DNA of 64,000 bases from a bacterium (GCA_030428125.1 JAUIBF010000003.1:1516-65515); one strand, 5' to 3'; shown: positions 1 through 10,005, numbered from the stretch's first letter. A program made the numbers and translations. The notes: a model not told the origin generated them from the letters alone.

Positions 1-4
1 GTTT

Positions 5-3000
5 GTGGGTAGCTTACAGGTTCAGGGTCAATCTAGCTTTAACCAATCTTTATCTGTAAACGATATGCTTAACGTTGCTGGCGAACTAAAAGTAGATGGC
101 CGTGGAGCGTTCGGCAATAACGGTTCTATTGGTACCACAAGTACGATTCCTGGAAGTGCCGGAACAGTAGATGCCGAGCTTTCCGTAGAAGCAAACCTAA
201 CATCTTTTGAGGACGGTGGTATTTCAGCAGGGGTTGCTGGCATATTAAATGTAAATCCACCTAGTAATCCATCTAGTAATAATATTACGACCGGATTGTT
301 TGGAATGGCTACGGTTGATGCATCGAATTCTACCGATGTAGATAACTTAGAGATTGCGGGTATACACGGTGCAGCAATTGCACAAGGAAGTGGTGATATC
401 GGTAATGTTTACGGATTAGATGCAGTTGCCTTTAACATATCAACCGGAACCGTGAGTAACTTAACGGGTTCAAATTCGACCGTAATCAATCTCGGGGTTG
501 CAACTACGGTTGACGGAAGCTATGCAGAGATAACTAACGCAGGCAGCATAACAGAAGCATTTGGTGGTTCATTTATCATAAACAATACTGCTGGCACTAT
601 AGGTACTGCAATCGGTCTAGATGTTCAGGTAAATAATAGCAATACTATCAACGATGCCATTGGAATCAGCGTAACTGACGCAGAAGCAACTAACGCAACC
701 AATTTGTTCTTGGGTAACGGAAGCTTACAGTCTGGAAATTACTCAATATACAACTCTTCTACTCGCGCAAACTATTTTGCCGGTACACTTACAGTCGAAC
801 CAAGCATAACAACAGGTGACAGTGACACAGCTGGTCAACTAAGAGTCTCCGACGGCTCAAGTAACTACGCAACCATAGACGTTGAAGCACTAGCAGGAGA
901 CTATACAGTATCCATACCTACCATCACTGGAAATGATACCTTCTGTCTAGAGTCCTTAGCTAACTGTGGTGGTTCAGGTGTATCTGATTTGCAAGGTGCA
1001 TATAATGGCGGAAACACCATCAACACCACAAACAACAGAGATATATTGTTCACACTAGAAGATACAACCACAGACAGTAACTTCGTTGTTAACATAGCGT
1101 CTGTCTCTGGTAGCTACTTTGCTCTTCAGAACAACGGCACAGATGCTGTACGCTATGATACTACTAATGGGTTTAGTGTCCGCAGTACCACATATAGCTC
1201 CACTGAAGTTATAGGATATGGCGCATCAGCTGGAGGAATTAACTCAGTATTATTTGGCGCGGGAAGCTCTACAACAAATGATGATGCTGTTGCGATTGGT
1301 CATAGCGCAGATTCAGATGGATCAGGTGTAGCAATCGGGTACGACGCTACCTCGGCCGGCAACTCAGTAGTGATTGGTAGGCAAGCCGGTACATCAAGCG
1401 ATCAGACTGTAGCAATAGGGTCCTTTGCTGGTGCGACATCCCAAGGCGCTACATCCATTGGTTGGAGTAGCTCCGCTGCAGGATATTACGGCGTAGCATT
1501 AGGTGTTAATACATCAGCAGGTCACGGTGGTTCTATCGCAATAGGTGGAGGGGCGGCTACCACGGCTGCAGATCAACTAGTAGTTAATTTATCAGATGGC
1601 TTCACGGGAAGCTCTAGTGCATATTTTGGCAACGGTGTTACCAATGCATCACCTAATAATTTCACTCTTAACGCAACCGGAGGTTCAGGTACGAACGTTG
1701 GTGGAGCCGACTTTACCCTAGCCGCCGGTAGAGGTACCGGATCTGGTGCTGGTGGAGCAATATACTTACAAACAGCTCCATTAGGAAGCTCAGGTACATC
1801 ACTAAACTCTCTAGTCACTAGACTAACTGTTCAAGAAGACGGAGACGTACAAATTAATAGTGGTAGACTATCAGTCTCCGACGGCTCCTCAAACTACGCA
1901 ACCATAGACGTTGAAGCACTGGCAGGTGACTACACAATCTCTATACCAACAGTCACAGGTAATGATACCTTCTGTCTAGAGTCCTTAGCTAACTGTGCAG
2001 GTGGAGGAGTTGCCACTCTCCAGGGTGCCTACGACGGCGATGTTGATGGGGGTGACGTTATCGTAGAACTAACTTCTACAGATGGTGGAATCATTGTCAG
2101 AGACAATACTACTACTCCACTAGGCTCAACTCTATTTGCTGTACAAAATACTTCCAGTGCCGATCTGTTCAGCGTAGCTGCGTCAGGAGTAACCCTAGGG
2201 GTTAGTACTACCATAGCCGCCGACCAATCCCTAATCTTGACAGGAGGCGTTACTCTGCCAGTTTCACCTACAGAAGGTGAGGTGTTCTATGATAGCGGTA
2301 ATAATGTCCTGTATATGTATGATGGCAGTGGTTGGGACATCCTAAACGGTGGAGTTGGTACATCAATATTTGTCGCAGCTAGTGATTCGCCCAACAAAGA
2401 ACTTGCCAACTTTGTAGCTGATGGAACAGATGATCAGGTAGAAATTAACGCTGCTATAGCATCTCTACCAGCAGCGGGAGGCGTAATCAACCTAATGGAA
2501 GGTACGTTTGTTATAAGCGATTCCATAGAGTTAGCAAACAATACAAACTTGAGGGGTACCGGCACTGGTACCATACTGCAATCTGTTGCGGACGGTGGGG
2601 TACCAAATGACTTTGCACTTGTTACCAACGAAGATACCATAGGTGGCAACAATAACTTGTACATATCGGACGTAGTCATCGACGGAAATAAGGGTAATAT
2701 TACGGCAAGTAACAGGGAATCTATCTACTTTGAAAACGTTGGTAGCGGTACCGGATCTTCCACCGTTGTTGGATTTGTAATTGATTCAGTAACAATTATT
2801 GATTCCGACAGGCATGCTATACAAGCGGAGACTAGTGACAATTCATATGTGGCCAACAGCAGGATAATAGATTCAAATCAGGAAGGAATTCATATAAATG
2901 GTTCATCTAGAAATACGTTTGCCGACAACTATTTAGGTGGAAACACAGGTTACGGTATTAGTTTGACGGCCAGCAATGATAACAGGGTAAGTGGCAATAT

Positions 3001-6000
3001 TATGGAGAGTAATGGCCATGGAGTACGCATAAATAATGCGTCAAACTACAACGTTATAGATAGTAATAGTGTCAGAGATAACTCTAATTATGGAATTACA
3101 ATGTCGGGTGGCGGTACAAACAGTCTAAACGTGTTTAGCAACAACTCGATCAATGGTAACGGTGGTTCTGGTATCAGAATTGAAACTTCATTCCGTACAT
3201 CTGTAATTGGCAACAGCTTATATGATAATGACTCCTCGGGTGCAAGTGCCAATATATACATAGGCTCTAATGCTGACGACACTCTAGTGAGCAATAATTT
3301 CATTAGAGATGTTGGTGATGGCAGCGATGCTATAGAGATCAGTGCTTCCAACAGCGACAGGACTTATTTAGCCGATAACGTAATGTTGAGCACGGCTGGT
3401 ATATCTGATTCCGGCACAGACACAATATATGCTAACCAACTAGATAACTCGGGCAACTTAACCCTTCAGGCAAATGGTATAATCGATATTCTTTCGGATA
3501 CCGACATCACTGGCACTCTCACAGTTTCTTCTACTTCAGACTTTGTTGGTCAGGTTACGGTAGGTGATGGCTCTACTGCCGGCACCTTACGTGTCTCCGA
3601 CGGCTCTTCAAACTACGCAACCATAGACGTTGAAGCACTAGCAGGAGACTATACAGTATCCATACCTACCATCACAGGTAATGATACCTTCTGTCTAGAG
3701 TCCTTAGCTAACTGTGGAGGAGGTGGAGGAGCTACAGATTTGCAGGATGCTTATGACGGTGGAAACACTATCCTGGCCGATAACGCTGGGGGTGACATAG
3801 ACCTAACTGTATCTGAAGCAACAAACTTCATTGTAGATATTACAGGAACAGGAAACTTCTATGTACAGGATAGCGGAGTAAATAGGATTCAAGTTGAAAA
3901 CGATGGAGATAACTATTTTTCAACTAACACCTTAACTAATAGCAACAGATTCTTCAACTCCTCCGAGGAAGTAGCTAGGATTAATGGAAATGGCCTACTA
4001 ACAGTTAACCTGGGAAGCAACGTAAACGGTGGTTTGTTGGTTCAAGGAAACTTGGATACAGACCTGTTTAGGGTCAACGCGACCGCCGAAAGTATTGGAA
4101 TCGGTCTCAACCCAGATGTTACAGCTAAATTCGAAATCGACAAAGTAGCAAACAATGCTGCCAACTCAGTCGTCGCAAGAATCGGCGGTAATCTTCGCTA
4201 CGTTGGAGTAGACGGTGAAGTACAGTCAGGCTTACAAGTCTCACCAAGTATCAATCCTGCCTCAGACAGCACCGCTACATATTATGGAATTTCAGCTTCC
4301 CCAACGGGAACTAATGGCAGACTAACAGGAGCCGACGCACGAATCATTGGTGTAAATAGTCGTGCGGTGTTTAATCATACTTCTGTTCTGGGCCAAGCCG
4401 TTGGTGGTCGATTCTATGTAGAAAATGAAACAACAGGTACGATTACAGAAGGTCGTGGCCTACAGGTGATCAATGGCGTGAACCCGAGTGGCACGATAAC
4501 TGACCTAGTAGGCATTAATATAGCAGAACAAACTTCCGGAAGTGACGACAATATAAATCTTCTTATCGGTCAAACCATAATTCCTGACGGCGATTATTCC
4601 ATCTACAATGCTTCTACTCTTGCTAACTTCTTTGGTGGAACTTTAACAGTCGAACCAAGCATAACAACAGGTGATAGTGACACAGCTGGTCAACTAAGAA
4701 TCTCTGATGGCTCCTCAAACTACGCAACCATAGACGTTGAAGCACTGGCAGGAGACTATACAGTATCCATACCTACTATCACTGGTAATGATACCTTCTG
4801 TCTAGAAACACTGGACAATTGTGGTGGAAGTGGTACAGATGACGAACTTGTAACAGTTGCCGCTAGTGACTCTTCTGCTGCTCACCAAGCAGCTGCCGAT
4901 TACTTAGCAGACGGTACAGATGACCAAGTACAGATTAACGATGCACTAACAGCTGCTGCAGGTGGCAGAGTATTGTTACTTCCTGGTACATATACTACTC
5001 ACCGAACAGATGATGGTAATGCAACTGTATTAATCCCAAATGACACCATCCTAGAAGGCTCTGGCCCAGGTACAGTCGTACAGCTTGGTGATATTGATGC
5101 TACAGATAACCTAATAGAAAACTCCGATACATCTACTGGAGAGGGTATAGTTATTCGTAACCTAACATTAGATGGGCAAAACGATTTGAATACCTCCGGA
5201 ATACAATATGGGATTTACCTTAACGGTGTTGGAATTGCCGACAACTCCAGAAAGAGTGGCTCGGTTGAAAGAGTGAATATTATAGATTTTAGAACGCGAG
5301 GCGTTTACTTGAATAATTCTTACCACACAACGATTATTGACAACAAAATCGAAAATAGTGGACAAGGCATCAGACTGACTAACTCAGATTACAGCACTGT
5401 AAACAACAACACACTAAGCAACAACGGTGGCGCAACTATATATATAGAGTCTGACTACGTTAATGTAACTTCAAACAGTATCTATAACTCGGGTAGTACC
5501 GCGATTTGGATGAATACCATTACTTATTCTAATGTCAGCAATAATATAATTAACACTAGTTTTTATGGAGTAAACATAGATGGTGGCTCAAACAATATTG
5601 TGTCGAAAAATACTTCTACGAATTCAAGTAGTGTTGGCATAAATCTAGATTCAACAATGAGCAATATTATATCTTCGAACGTAATCCATTCGGCAAGTGG
5701 AGCTGATAATAATCATGGAATTAGTATTCAGTCTGGCTCAGACTATAACCAAATCGTCGCTAACTATATTACAGATGATTCATGCAACACTACGTGTTAT
5801 GCAATTAGAATTTTGGATTCTGCATCAGATAAAAACACCCTAGAAAATAACAGATATTCAGATACGGATGTAGATTCTGGTGATGACGCTAGTATATTTG
5901 ATGATGGCACAAACACTATCTACATAAATCAACAGACTAATACCATATCAAGCGAAGCTTATGACGTCACTGATTTAGTAACAAGAGTATCGGCCAATTC

Positions 6001-8167
6001 AACTACGGCCTTCCAGATCCAAAACGCTGCAGGTGCGTCGGCTCTAATAATAGACACCACTAATCTAGAAGTGGAACTGGGTGGAGACCTAGTCTTCGAA
6101 AACGCTGAAGTAATATCTAACGCTGTTGACGGTGAACTAAGAGTGACCGGAGATCTAAACCCGTCGGCAAACGATACCTATTCCCTAGGTTCAGATTCTT
6201 TACGCTGGGCAGATCTCTATCTAGGCCCTAACAGTCTAAACATCGGTACATCAGGAGACAACGGTGTACTAAGTTATAACACCACAGACGACCAGTTTGA
6301 ATTCAACCAAAACCTACAGGTCCAGGGATATGGAGCCTACGGTAATGCAGCGGTTATTGGTGGTAGTCCAGCAGGTTACGATTCTATATTATCTGTTGAA
6401 CAAAACGTAACATCGATATCAAATGGTGGTTCGGACGTAGGGATATTTAGCGCACTAACAGTTAATCCGAATATTAACCCGTCTTCAACAGCGGAAGTTG
6501 GCGCAGTGGTTGGACAAATAACGATCGATCCAACAAACACTACTAACACCACTGACTTATTCTACACAGGCGGCACATTTGGAGTTATAGCTCAGGGTAC
6601 AGGTACTACCGAGTTTGCTATGGGTTCTCAGTCTGGTGTAATTAATGTATCAGCCGGCATTACTAATGTACTAGGCGCGTATAATACTGCTCTCAATGCA
6701 CAAGGTACCGTAAGTTGGTTGGCGGGGACGCAAATAGTAGCCAACAACTCTGCTATTGGCGTTACCACCGAAGCAGTCGGTGCCGATATATCAGTAATCC
6801 AAGACAGTATTGGTGCACTTACTACAGCAAGAGGTATTGAGGTGTTGGTTGCGCAGACTTCCGGAACAATATCAAACGCTGCTGGAGTACAAGTCCATGA
6901 AACAGAAGGCACTAACGCCACCAACCTGTTACTTGGTACAGGCACAATACCTTCAGGTACCTACTCCATCTACAACGCTTCTTCTCGCGCTAACTACTTC
7001 GCAGGCGCATTAACAGTTGATGGTGCGATTGACGTAAACTCTACTTTGCAGGTTGACCTTACTGGAACTGCTACCACAAATGGTATTTGTCATTCTGGTG
7101 CAGACATAGATACTACAGGTACTGACAGAGAGCTTGTCGCTTGTTCTGCTGCCCCTAATGACTACGCAGAATTTTACCCAGCGGAACAGGGAGTGGCTGC
7201 AGGTGACATTGTATCTACCACGGATAATCTCCTAACCTATGAAGCTCAAGGTGCTGATCCAGAAACTGGAATAGTTTACTCACTTGGCCAAAAACAAATA
7301 AGCATAGTTAAAAAAGCACAAAGCAGTAACGATACTATCATTGGTATTGTTTCTACTGCACCGTACCAAACAATCGGTAAGGATATCCCGGTATCAGCCA
7401 ACCGTAAGCCAATTGCGTTGAATGGGCGAGTGCCCGTTAACGTCAACAACGAGGGTGGACCGATTAATGCAGGTGATCGGATAGCTCTATCGTCCATTGC
7501 TGGTGTAGGTAAGCGAGCAACTTCTCCGGGAATGACAGTAGGTATAGCACTAGAGCCATTTACCGGTAGTAGTGGTCAGATAATGATTTATGTACAGAAT
7601 TACTACTACGTTCCATCCATCGGTGGCGTGCTACAAGGCAACGATTTGAGCATAGCTGGGGATGCACTAATTGGTGGCTCAACAGAAATAGGGGGAAGTC
7701 TAAATGTTTCAGGTCAGACAACCGTAACTAACCTAACCGTAACCGGTACAGTGACCGTAACTAACCTGACTGTAACAGGCGACATAGAAATAGTAGATCT
7801 AACAGTAAACGGAAAGATAATTACTCAGGGTGATAAACCCGAAGTATTAGCTGAAACAACAGAGGTGGGGGCTAACACAGCTAGCGTCACAGTTAATGTA
7901 GAGGGAACTGATGTTGCGGGTAGGGTTGAACTCGAAACCAACGAAGACACCCCAGAAGAGCTAACAGTAAAGATTACATTTAACGAGTCGTATGAAGGTG
8001 GCATACCAATTGCCGTCATCAGCCCGGTTGGCAAGAAGAGCAACGATCTAGGAATCTACATAATTTCTATCACAGGTGATGAAATGATAATTGGATTCAC
8101 AAACCAGCCGGCTGATAACAAAGAATATAACTTTAACTATCAAATAATCCAAACCATAAACGAATAA
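5..8167 (+). CDS. Giant modular cell-surface protein, 5-prime end probably outside the window. Contains three ~230-aa head modules, four Cys-bracketed junction modules, two right-handed beta-helix (pectin-lyase-fold, tailspike-like) modules and a peptidase-G2/IMC-like C-terminal region.
   Basis: The 2720-codon ORF is open to the window edge and has no signal peptide at its apparent N-terminus. Beta-helix rung repeats lie at ~2411-3420 and ~4901-5930, each preceded by ADGTDDQV(E/Q)IN. A DYAEFYP...IIGIVSTAP block lies at ~7078-7620. Confidence 0.8.
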   Translation: MGSLQVQGQSSFNQSLSVNDMLNVAGELKVDGRGAFGNNGSIGTTSTIPGSAGTVDAELSVEANLTSFEDGGISAGVAGILNVNPPSNPSSNNITTGLFGMATVDASNSTDVDNLEIAGIHGAAIAQGSGDIGNVYGLDAVAFNISTGTVSNLTGSNSTVINLGVATTVDGSYAEITNAGSITEAFGGSFIINNTAGTIGTAIGLDVQVNNSNTINDAIGISVTDAEATNATNLFLGNGSLQSGNYSIYNSSTRANYFAGTLTVEPSITTGDSDTAGQLRVSDGSSNYATIDVEALAGDYTVSIPTITGNDTFCLESLANCGGSGVSDLQGAYNGGNTINTTNNRDILFTLEDTTTDSNFVVNIASVSGSYFALQNNGTDAVRYDTTNGFSVRSTTYSSTEVIGYGASAGGINSVLFGAGSSTTNDDAVAIGHSADSDGSGVAIGYDATSAGNSVVIGRQAGTSSDQTVAIGSFAGATSQGATSIGWSSSAAGYYGVALGVNTSAGHGGSIAIGGGAATTAADQLVVNLSDGFTGSSSAYFGNGVTNASPNNFTLNATGGSGTNVGGADFTLAAGRGTGSGAGGAIYLQTAPLGSSGTSLNSLVTRLTVQEDGDVQINSGRLSVSDGSSNYATIDVEALAGDYTISIPTVTGNDTFCLESLANCAGGGVATLQGAYDGDVDGGDVIVELTSTDGGIIVRDNTTTPLGSTLFAVQNTSSADLFSVAASGVTLGVSTTIAADQSLILTGGVTLPVSPTEGEVFYDSGNNVLYMYDGSGWDILNGGVGTSIFVAASDSPNKELANFVADGTDDQVEINAAIASLPAAGGVINLMEGTFVISDSIELANNTNLRGTGTGTILQSVADGGVPNDFALVTNEDTIGGNNNLYISDVVIDGNKGNITASNRESIYFENVGSGTGSSTVVGFVIDSVTIIDSDRHAIQAETSDNSYVANSRIIDSNQEGIHINGSSRNTFADNYLGGNTGYGISLTASNDNRVSGNIMESNGHGVRINNASNYNVIDSNSVRDNSNYGITMSGGGTNSLNVFSNNSINGNGGSGIRIETSFRTSVIGNSLYDNDSSGASANIYIGSNADDTLVSNNFIRDVGDGSDAIEISASNSDRTYLADNVMLSTAGISDSGTDTIYANQLDNSGNLTLQANGIIDILSDTDITGTLTVSSTSDFVGQVTVGDGSTAGTLRVSDGSSNYATIDVEALAGDYTVSIPTITGNDTFCLESLANCGGGGGATDLQDAYDGGNTILADNAGGDIDLTVSEATNFIVDITGTGNFYVQDSGVNRIQVENDGDNYFSTNTLTNSNRFFNSSEEVARINGNGLLTVNLGSNVNGGLLVQGNLDTDLFRVNATAESIGIGLNPDVTAKFEIDKVANNAANSVVARIGGNLRYVGVDGEVQSGLQVSPSINPASDSTATYYGISASPTGTNGRLTGADARIIGVNSRAVFNHTSVLGQAVGGRFYVENETTGTITEGRGLQVINGVNPSGTITDLVGINIAEQTSGSDDNINLLIGQTIIPDGDYSIYNASTLANFFGGTLTVEPSITTGDSDTAGQLRISDGSSNYATIDVEALAGDYTVSIPTITGNDTFCLETLDNCGGSGTDDELVTVAASDSSAAHQAAADYLADGTDDQVQINDALTAAAGGRVLLLPGTYTTHRTDDGNATVLIPNDTILEGSGPGTVVQLGDIDATDNLIENSDTSTGEGIVIRNLTLDGQNDLNTSGIQYGIYLNGVGIADNSRKSGSVERVNIIDFRTRGVYLNNSYHTTIIDNKIENSGQGIRLTNSDYSTVNNNTLSNNGGATIYIESDYVNVTSNSIYNSGSTAIWMNTITYSNVSNNIINTSFYGVNIDGGSNNIVSKNTSTNSSSVGINLDSTMSNIISSNVIHSASGADNNHGISIQSGSDYNQIVANYITDDSCNTTCYAIRILDSASDKNTLENNRYSDTDVDSGDDASIFDDGTNTIYINQQTNTISSEAYDVTDLVTRVSANSTTAFQIQNAAGASALIIDTTNLEVELGGDLVFENAEVISNAVDGELRVTGDLNPSANDTYSLGSDSLRWADLYLGPNSLNIGTSGDNGVLSYNTTDDQFEFNQNLQVQGYGAYGNAAVIGGSPAGYDSILSVEQNVTSISNGGSDVGIFSALTVNPNINPSSTAEVGAVVGQITIDPTNTTNTTDLFYTGGTFGVIAQGTGTTEFAMGSQSGVINVSAGITNVLGAYNTALNAQGTVSWLAGTQIVANNSAIGVTTEAVGADISVIQDSIGALTTARGIEVLVAQTSGTISNAAGVQVHETEGTNATNLLLGTGTIPSGTYSIYNASSRANYFAGALTVDGAIDVNSTLQVDLTGTATTNGICHSGADIDTTGTDRELVACSAAPNDYAEFYPAEQGVAAGDIVSTTDNLLTYEAQGADPETGIVYSLGQKQISIVKKAQSSNDTIIGIVSTAPYQTIGKDIPVSANRKPIALNGRVPVNVNNEGGPINAGDRIALSSIAGVGKRATSPGMTVGIALEPFTGSSGQIMIYVQNYYYVPSIGGVLQGNDLSIAGDALIGGSTEIGGSLNVSGQTTVTNLTVTGTVTVTNLTVTGDIEIVDLTVNGKIITQGDKPEVLAETTEVGANTASVTVNVEGTDVAGRVELETNEDTPEELTVKITFNESYEGGIPIAVISPVGKKSNDLGIYIISITGDEMIIGFTNQPADNKEYNFNYQIIQTINE
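833..973 (+). repeat. Intragenic junction module, copy 1 (GQLRVSDGSSNYATIDVEALAGDYTVSIPTITGNDTFCLESLANCGG)
   Basis: About 140 bp, near-identical to 3581-3721. The differences I saw are synonymous codon swaps. Confidence 0.9.
1862..2005 (+). repeat. Intragenic junction module, copy 2
   Basis: Same peptide module (GRLSVSDGSSNYATIDVEALAGDYTISIPTVTGNDTFCLESLANCAGG). It shares long identical DNA runs with the other copies. Confidence 0.9.
3581..3721 (+). repeat. Intragenic junction module, copy 3
   Basis: Encodes GTLRVSDGSSNYATIDVEALAGDYTVSIPTITGNDTFCLESLANCGG and is near-identical at DNA level to copy 1. Confidence 0.9.
4688..4828 (+). repeat. Intragenic junction module, copy 4
   Basis: Encodes GQLRISDGSSNYATIDVEALAGDYTVSIPTITGNDTFCLETLDNCGG. 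Like copy 1, it is preceded by TLTVEPSITTGDSDTA. Confidence 0.9.
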
Positions 8168-8202
8168 ACAAATAGTCTGTATACTGATTATAGAGAGGGC
8201 AT

Positions 8203-10005
8203 TTGTTCACCATGTTTAGGGCTAGGCTAGCAATGATGACGGTTTCAAATCATAAAAAGCCATTGCTGTTTGCAGTTGGTTTCGGAGTTATTGGCGTTAT
8301 TCTAGTTGTCAGTAGCTTTGCTGCGTCGGACAAAGGTGTACATTTAGAAGCAGAAGAAAGTCAGATTAATGGTCAGTTATACATAAACAACGACGATGCG
8401 GCTAGTGGTCAGACTTATGTAGTATTTGGTCAAGACGCGGAGGGATGCCCGGTTGGCGAGTTTGGTATAGCTCCGAATTGTTTTAATTCGGACTCCGTTT
8501 TAGGGGTGAACGCCAGAGTAGTGGTCAATGATTTTGACGACAGTATAAAAGGCATGGCTTTCGGTAATTGGACTTTTGGTTGGGGCAGACCCCTACTTAA
8601 TGAAATAGCTCCACTAAAAGATATAGTAAAGGCAATCGAACCAGGACTACTGCGTTATGCCGGTGGCTTGTGGGCGAATTACGTAGGCTATGATGGCAAT
8701 GAACGTGACCCTTATACAAACTATACGGTAAGGGGTAATACATACAGTTTTACATATTCACCTCGTGAGTTGCTTGATCTAGACGGGTTTGCAAAAGCTG
8801 TAGACGCCGAGGTGATGATTCAGGTTAATATATCCCAGAACGATCCACAGATGTGGGCTGATCTGGCGCAGTTTATAGAGGACAATAACCTCACAAACAT
8901 TACGTCATTTGAGCTAGGTAATGAACTCGATCTAGAAAGATACCAAGGTGACACAGAAGTTGGGATAACCACCACAGAATATAAAAGCAGAGTATCGTCT
9001 TACCAGCAGGCTATAAAAGCCGTAAAATCGAATGCAAAGATAGTCGGTGGTGTACCGGCTGCAGCGAGCGATCAATTCTATTCCGGTGATTGGAGTGGGA
9101 TAACAAATGTTTCACAGTACATACCTGCTGCACTGGAAGGAGCCAGGGATGCTGGGCAGGATCTCGATTCTGTTAGTTTTCATTGGTACCAAACATCAGG
9201 AGATGTAGATGTAGAAAATGTTAGGGAGTGGTCCTGGGGAATTAACCCTAACGATAACGAATTTTGGCGCGAGAGTTATACGCGAGCCTGGTCGGGCAAG
9301 GTGGCTCCTTGGGTTAAAGAAGACACAATGACAAGCTATCCGGATGTAAAGCTAGGCGTTAGTGAACTCGGGATTAACTCGTCAAATGATATTCCTGCAA
9401 ACGGTAATCACATCGGTGCTATCTGGTATTCTGATGTACTTGGTCGGCTAGCTTATAGTGGCGTTGATTGGATAACGCAGTGGGACACATACATTAATCC
9501 TGGCTCTGATTCCGAGTCGTTCTCATTGCTATATTCTGATAACGAGTATACAAATAACCCCAATATTCAAATGAGGCCAACGTTTATGGCATATCTAATG
9601 TACGAACAGTATTTTGGTGATCAGTTGGTTGAATCATCCAGTTATAACAACAGTGATATTTCAATTTGGGCTTCCAAAGATTCGGAGGATCCAAACAAGC
9701 TTAAACTTAGAATTACAAACTTTTCAGATCAGACCATAAACACACCTGTTGCTTGGAACGGTTTTAGTGCAGCAAGTGGTCAGACATACTTATTGTCCAG
9801 TTCTAACCCGACAGCAAATAATGCTGAAAGTGCTAGGTCTAGCGCGCCGACGACTATAAATGGCGTTAGGGTAAATGGAAATGACATCGATAGTGACATA
9901 GCCAGTATTTTGCCAAATGATATTGATGTAAACAGTCACCATGTTAACGTCAGTCTACCTGCGTATACGTCCATGTCTTTAGTCTTAGATGGCTCATTTA
10001 ACTAA
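8203..10005 (+). CDS. Membrane-anchored or secreted glycoside hydrolase, clan GH-A (beta/alpha)8 type. Family not assignable by eye.
   Basis: N-terminal hydrophobic anchor KKPLLFAVGFGVIGVILVVSSFAA. Motifs LRYAGG, FELGNELD (acid/base NE), HWY and GVSELG (candidate nucleophile), plus a C-terminal beta-sandwich-like tail. The start (TTG 8203, ATG 8212 or ATG 8233) is uncertain. Confidence 0.6.
   Translation: MFTMFRARLAMMTVSNHKKPLLFAVGFGVIGVILVVSSFAASDKGVHLEAEESQINGQLYINNDDAASGQTYVVFGQDAEGCPVGEFGIAPNCFNSDSVLGVNARVVVNDFDDSIKGMAFGNWTFGWGRPLLNEIAPLKDIVKAIEPGLLRYAGGLWANYVGYDGNERDPYTNYTVRGNTYSFTYSPRELLDLDGFAKAVDAEVMIQVNISQNDPQMWADLAQFIEDNNLTNITSFELGNELDLERYQGDTEVGITTTEYKSRVSSYQQAIKAVKSNAKIVGGVPAAASDQFYSGDWSGITNVSQYIPAALEGARDAGQDLDSVSFHWYQTSGDVDVENVREWSWGINPNDNEFWRESYTRAWSGKVAPWVKEDTMTSYPDVKLGVSELGINSSNDIPANGNHIGAIWYSDVLGRLAYSGVDWITQWDTYINPGSDSESFSLLYSDNEYTNNPNIQMRPTFMAYLMYEQYFGDQLVESSSYNNSDISIWASKDSEDPNKLKLRITNFSDQTINTPVAWNGFSAASGQTYLLSSSNPTANNAESARSSAPTTINGVRVNGNDIDSDIASILPNDIDVNSHHVNVSLPAYTSMSLVLDGSFN

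Noticed and set aside
833-4828. A diversity-generating retroelement (template/variable repeat pair) as explanation for the intragenic repeats
   Set aside because: There is no reverse transcriptase gene in the window. The differences between copies are mostly synonymous and not adenine-specific, the opposite of DGR mutagenesis.
28-8043. Eleven short ORFs (60-105 aa) listed within the span of the 2720-aa gene: ten antisense (e.g. 28-243, 3088-3351, 6628-6945) and one same-strand in another frame (6810-7013)
   Set aside because: All lie inside one long, internally consistent, repeat-structured ORF. Their sequences are low-complexity mirror products of its codon bias, and they have no RBS or motif support.
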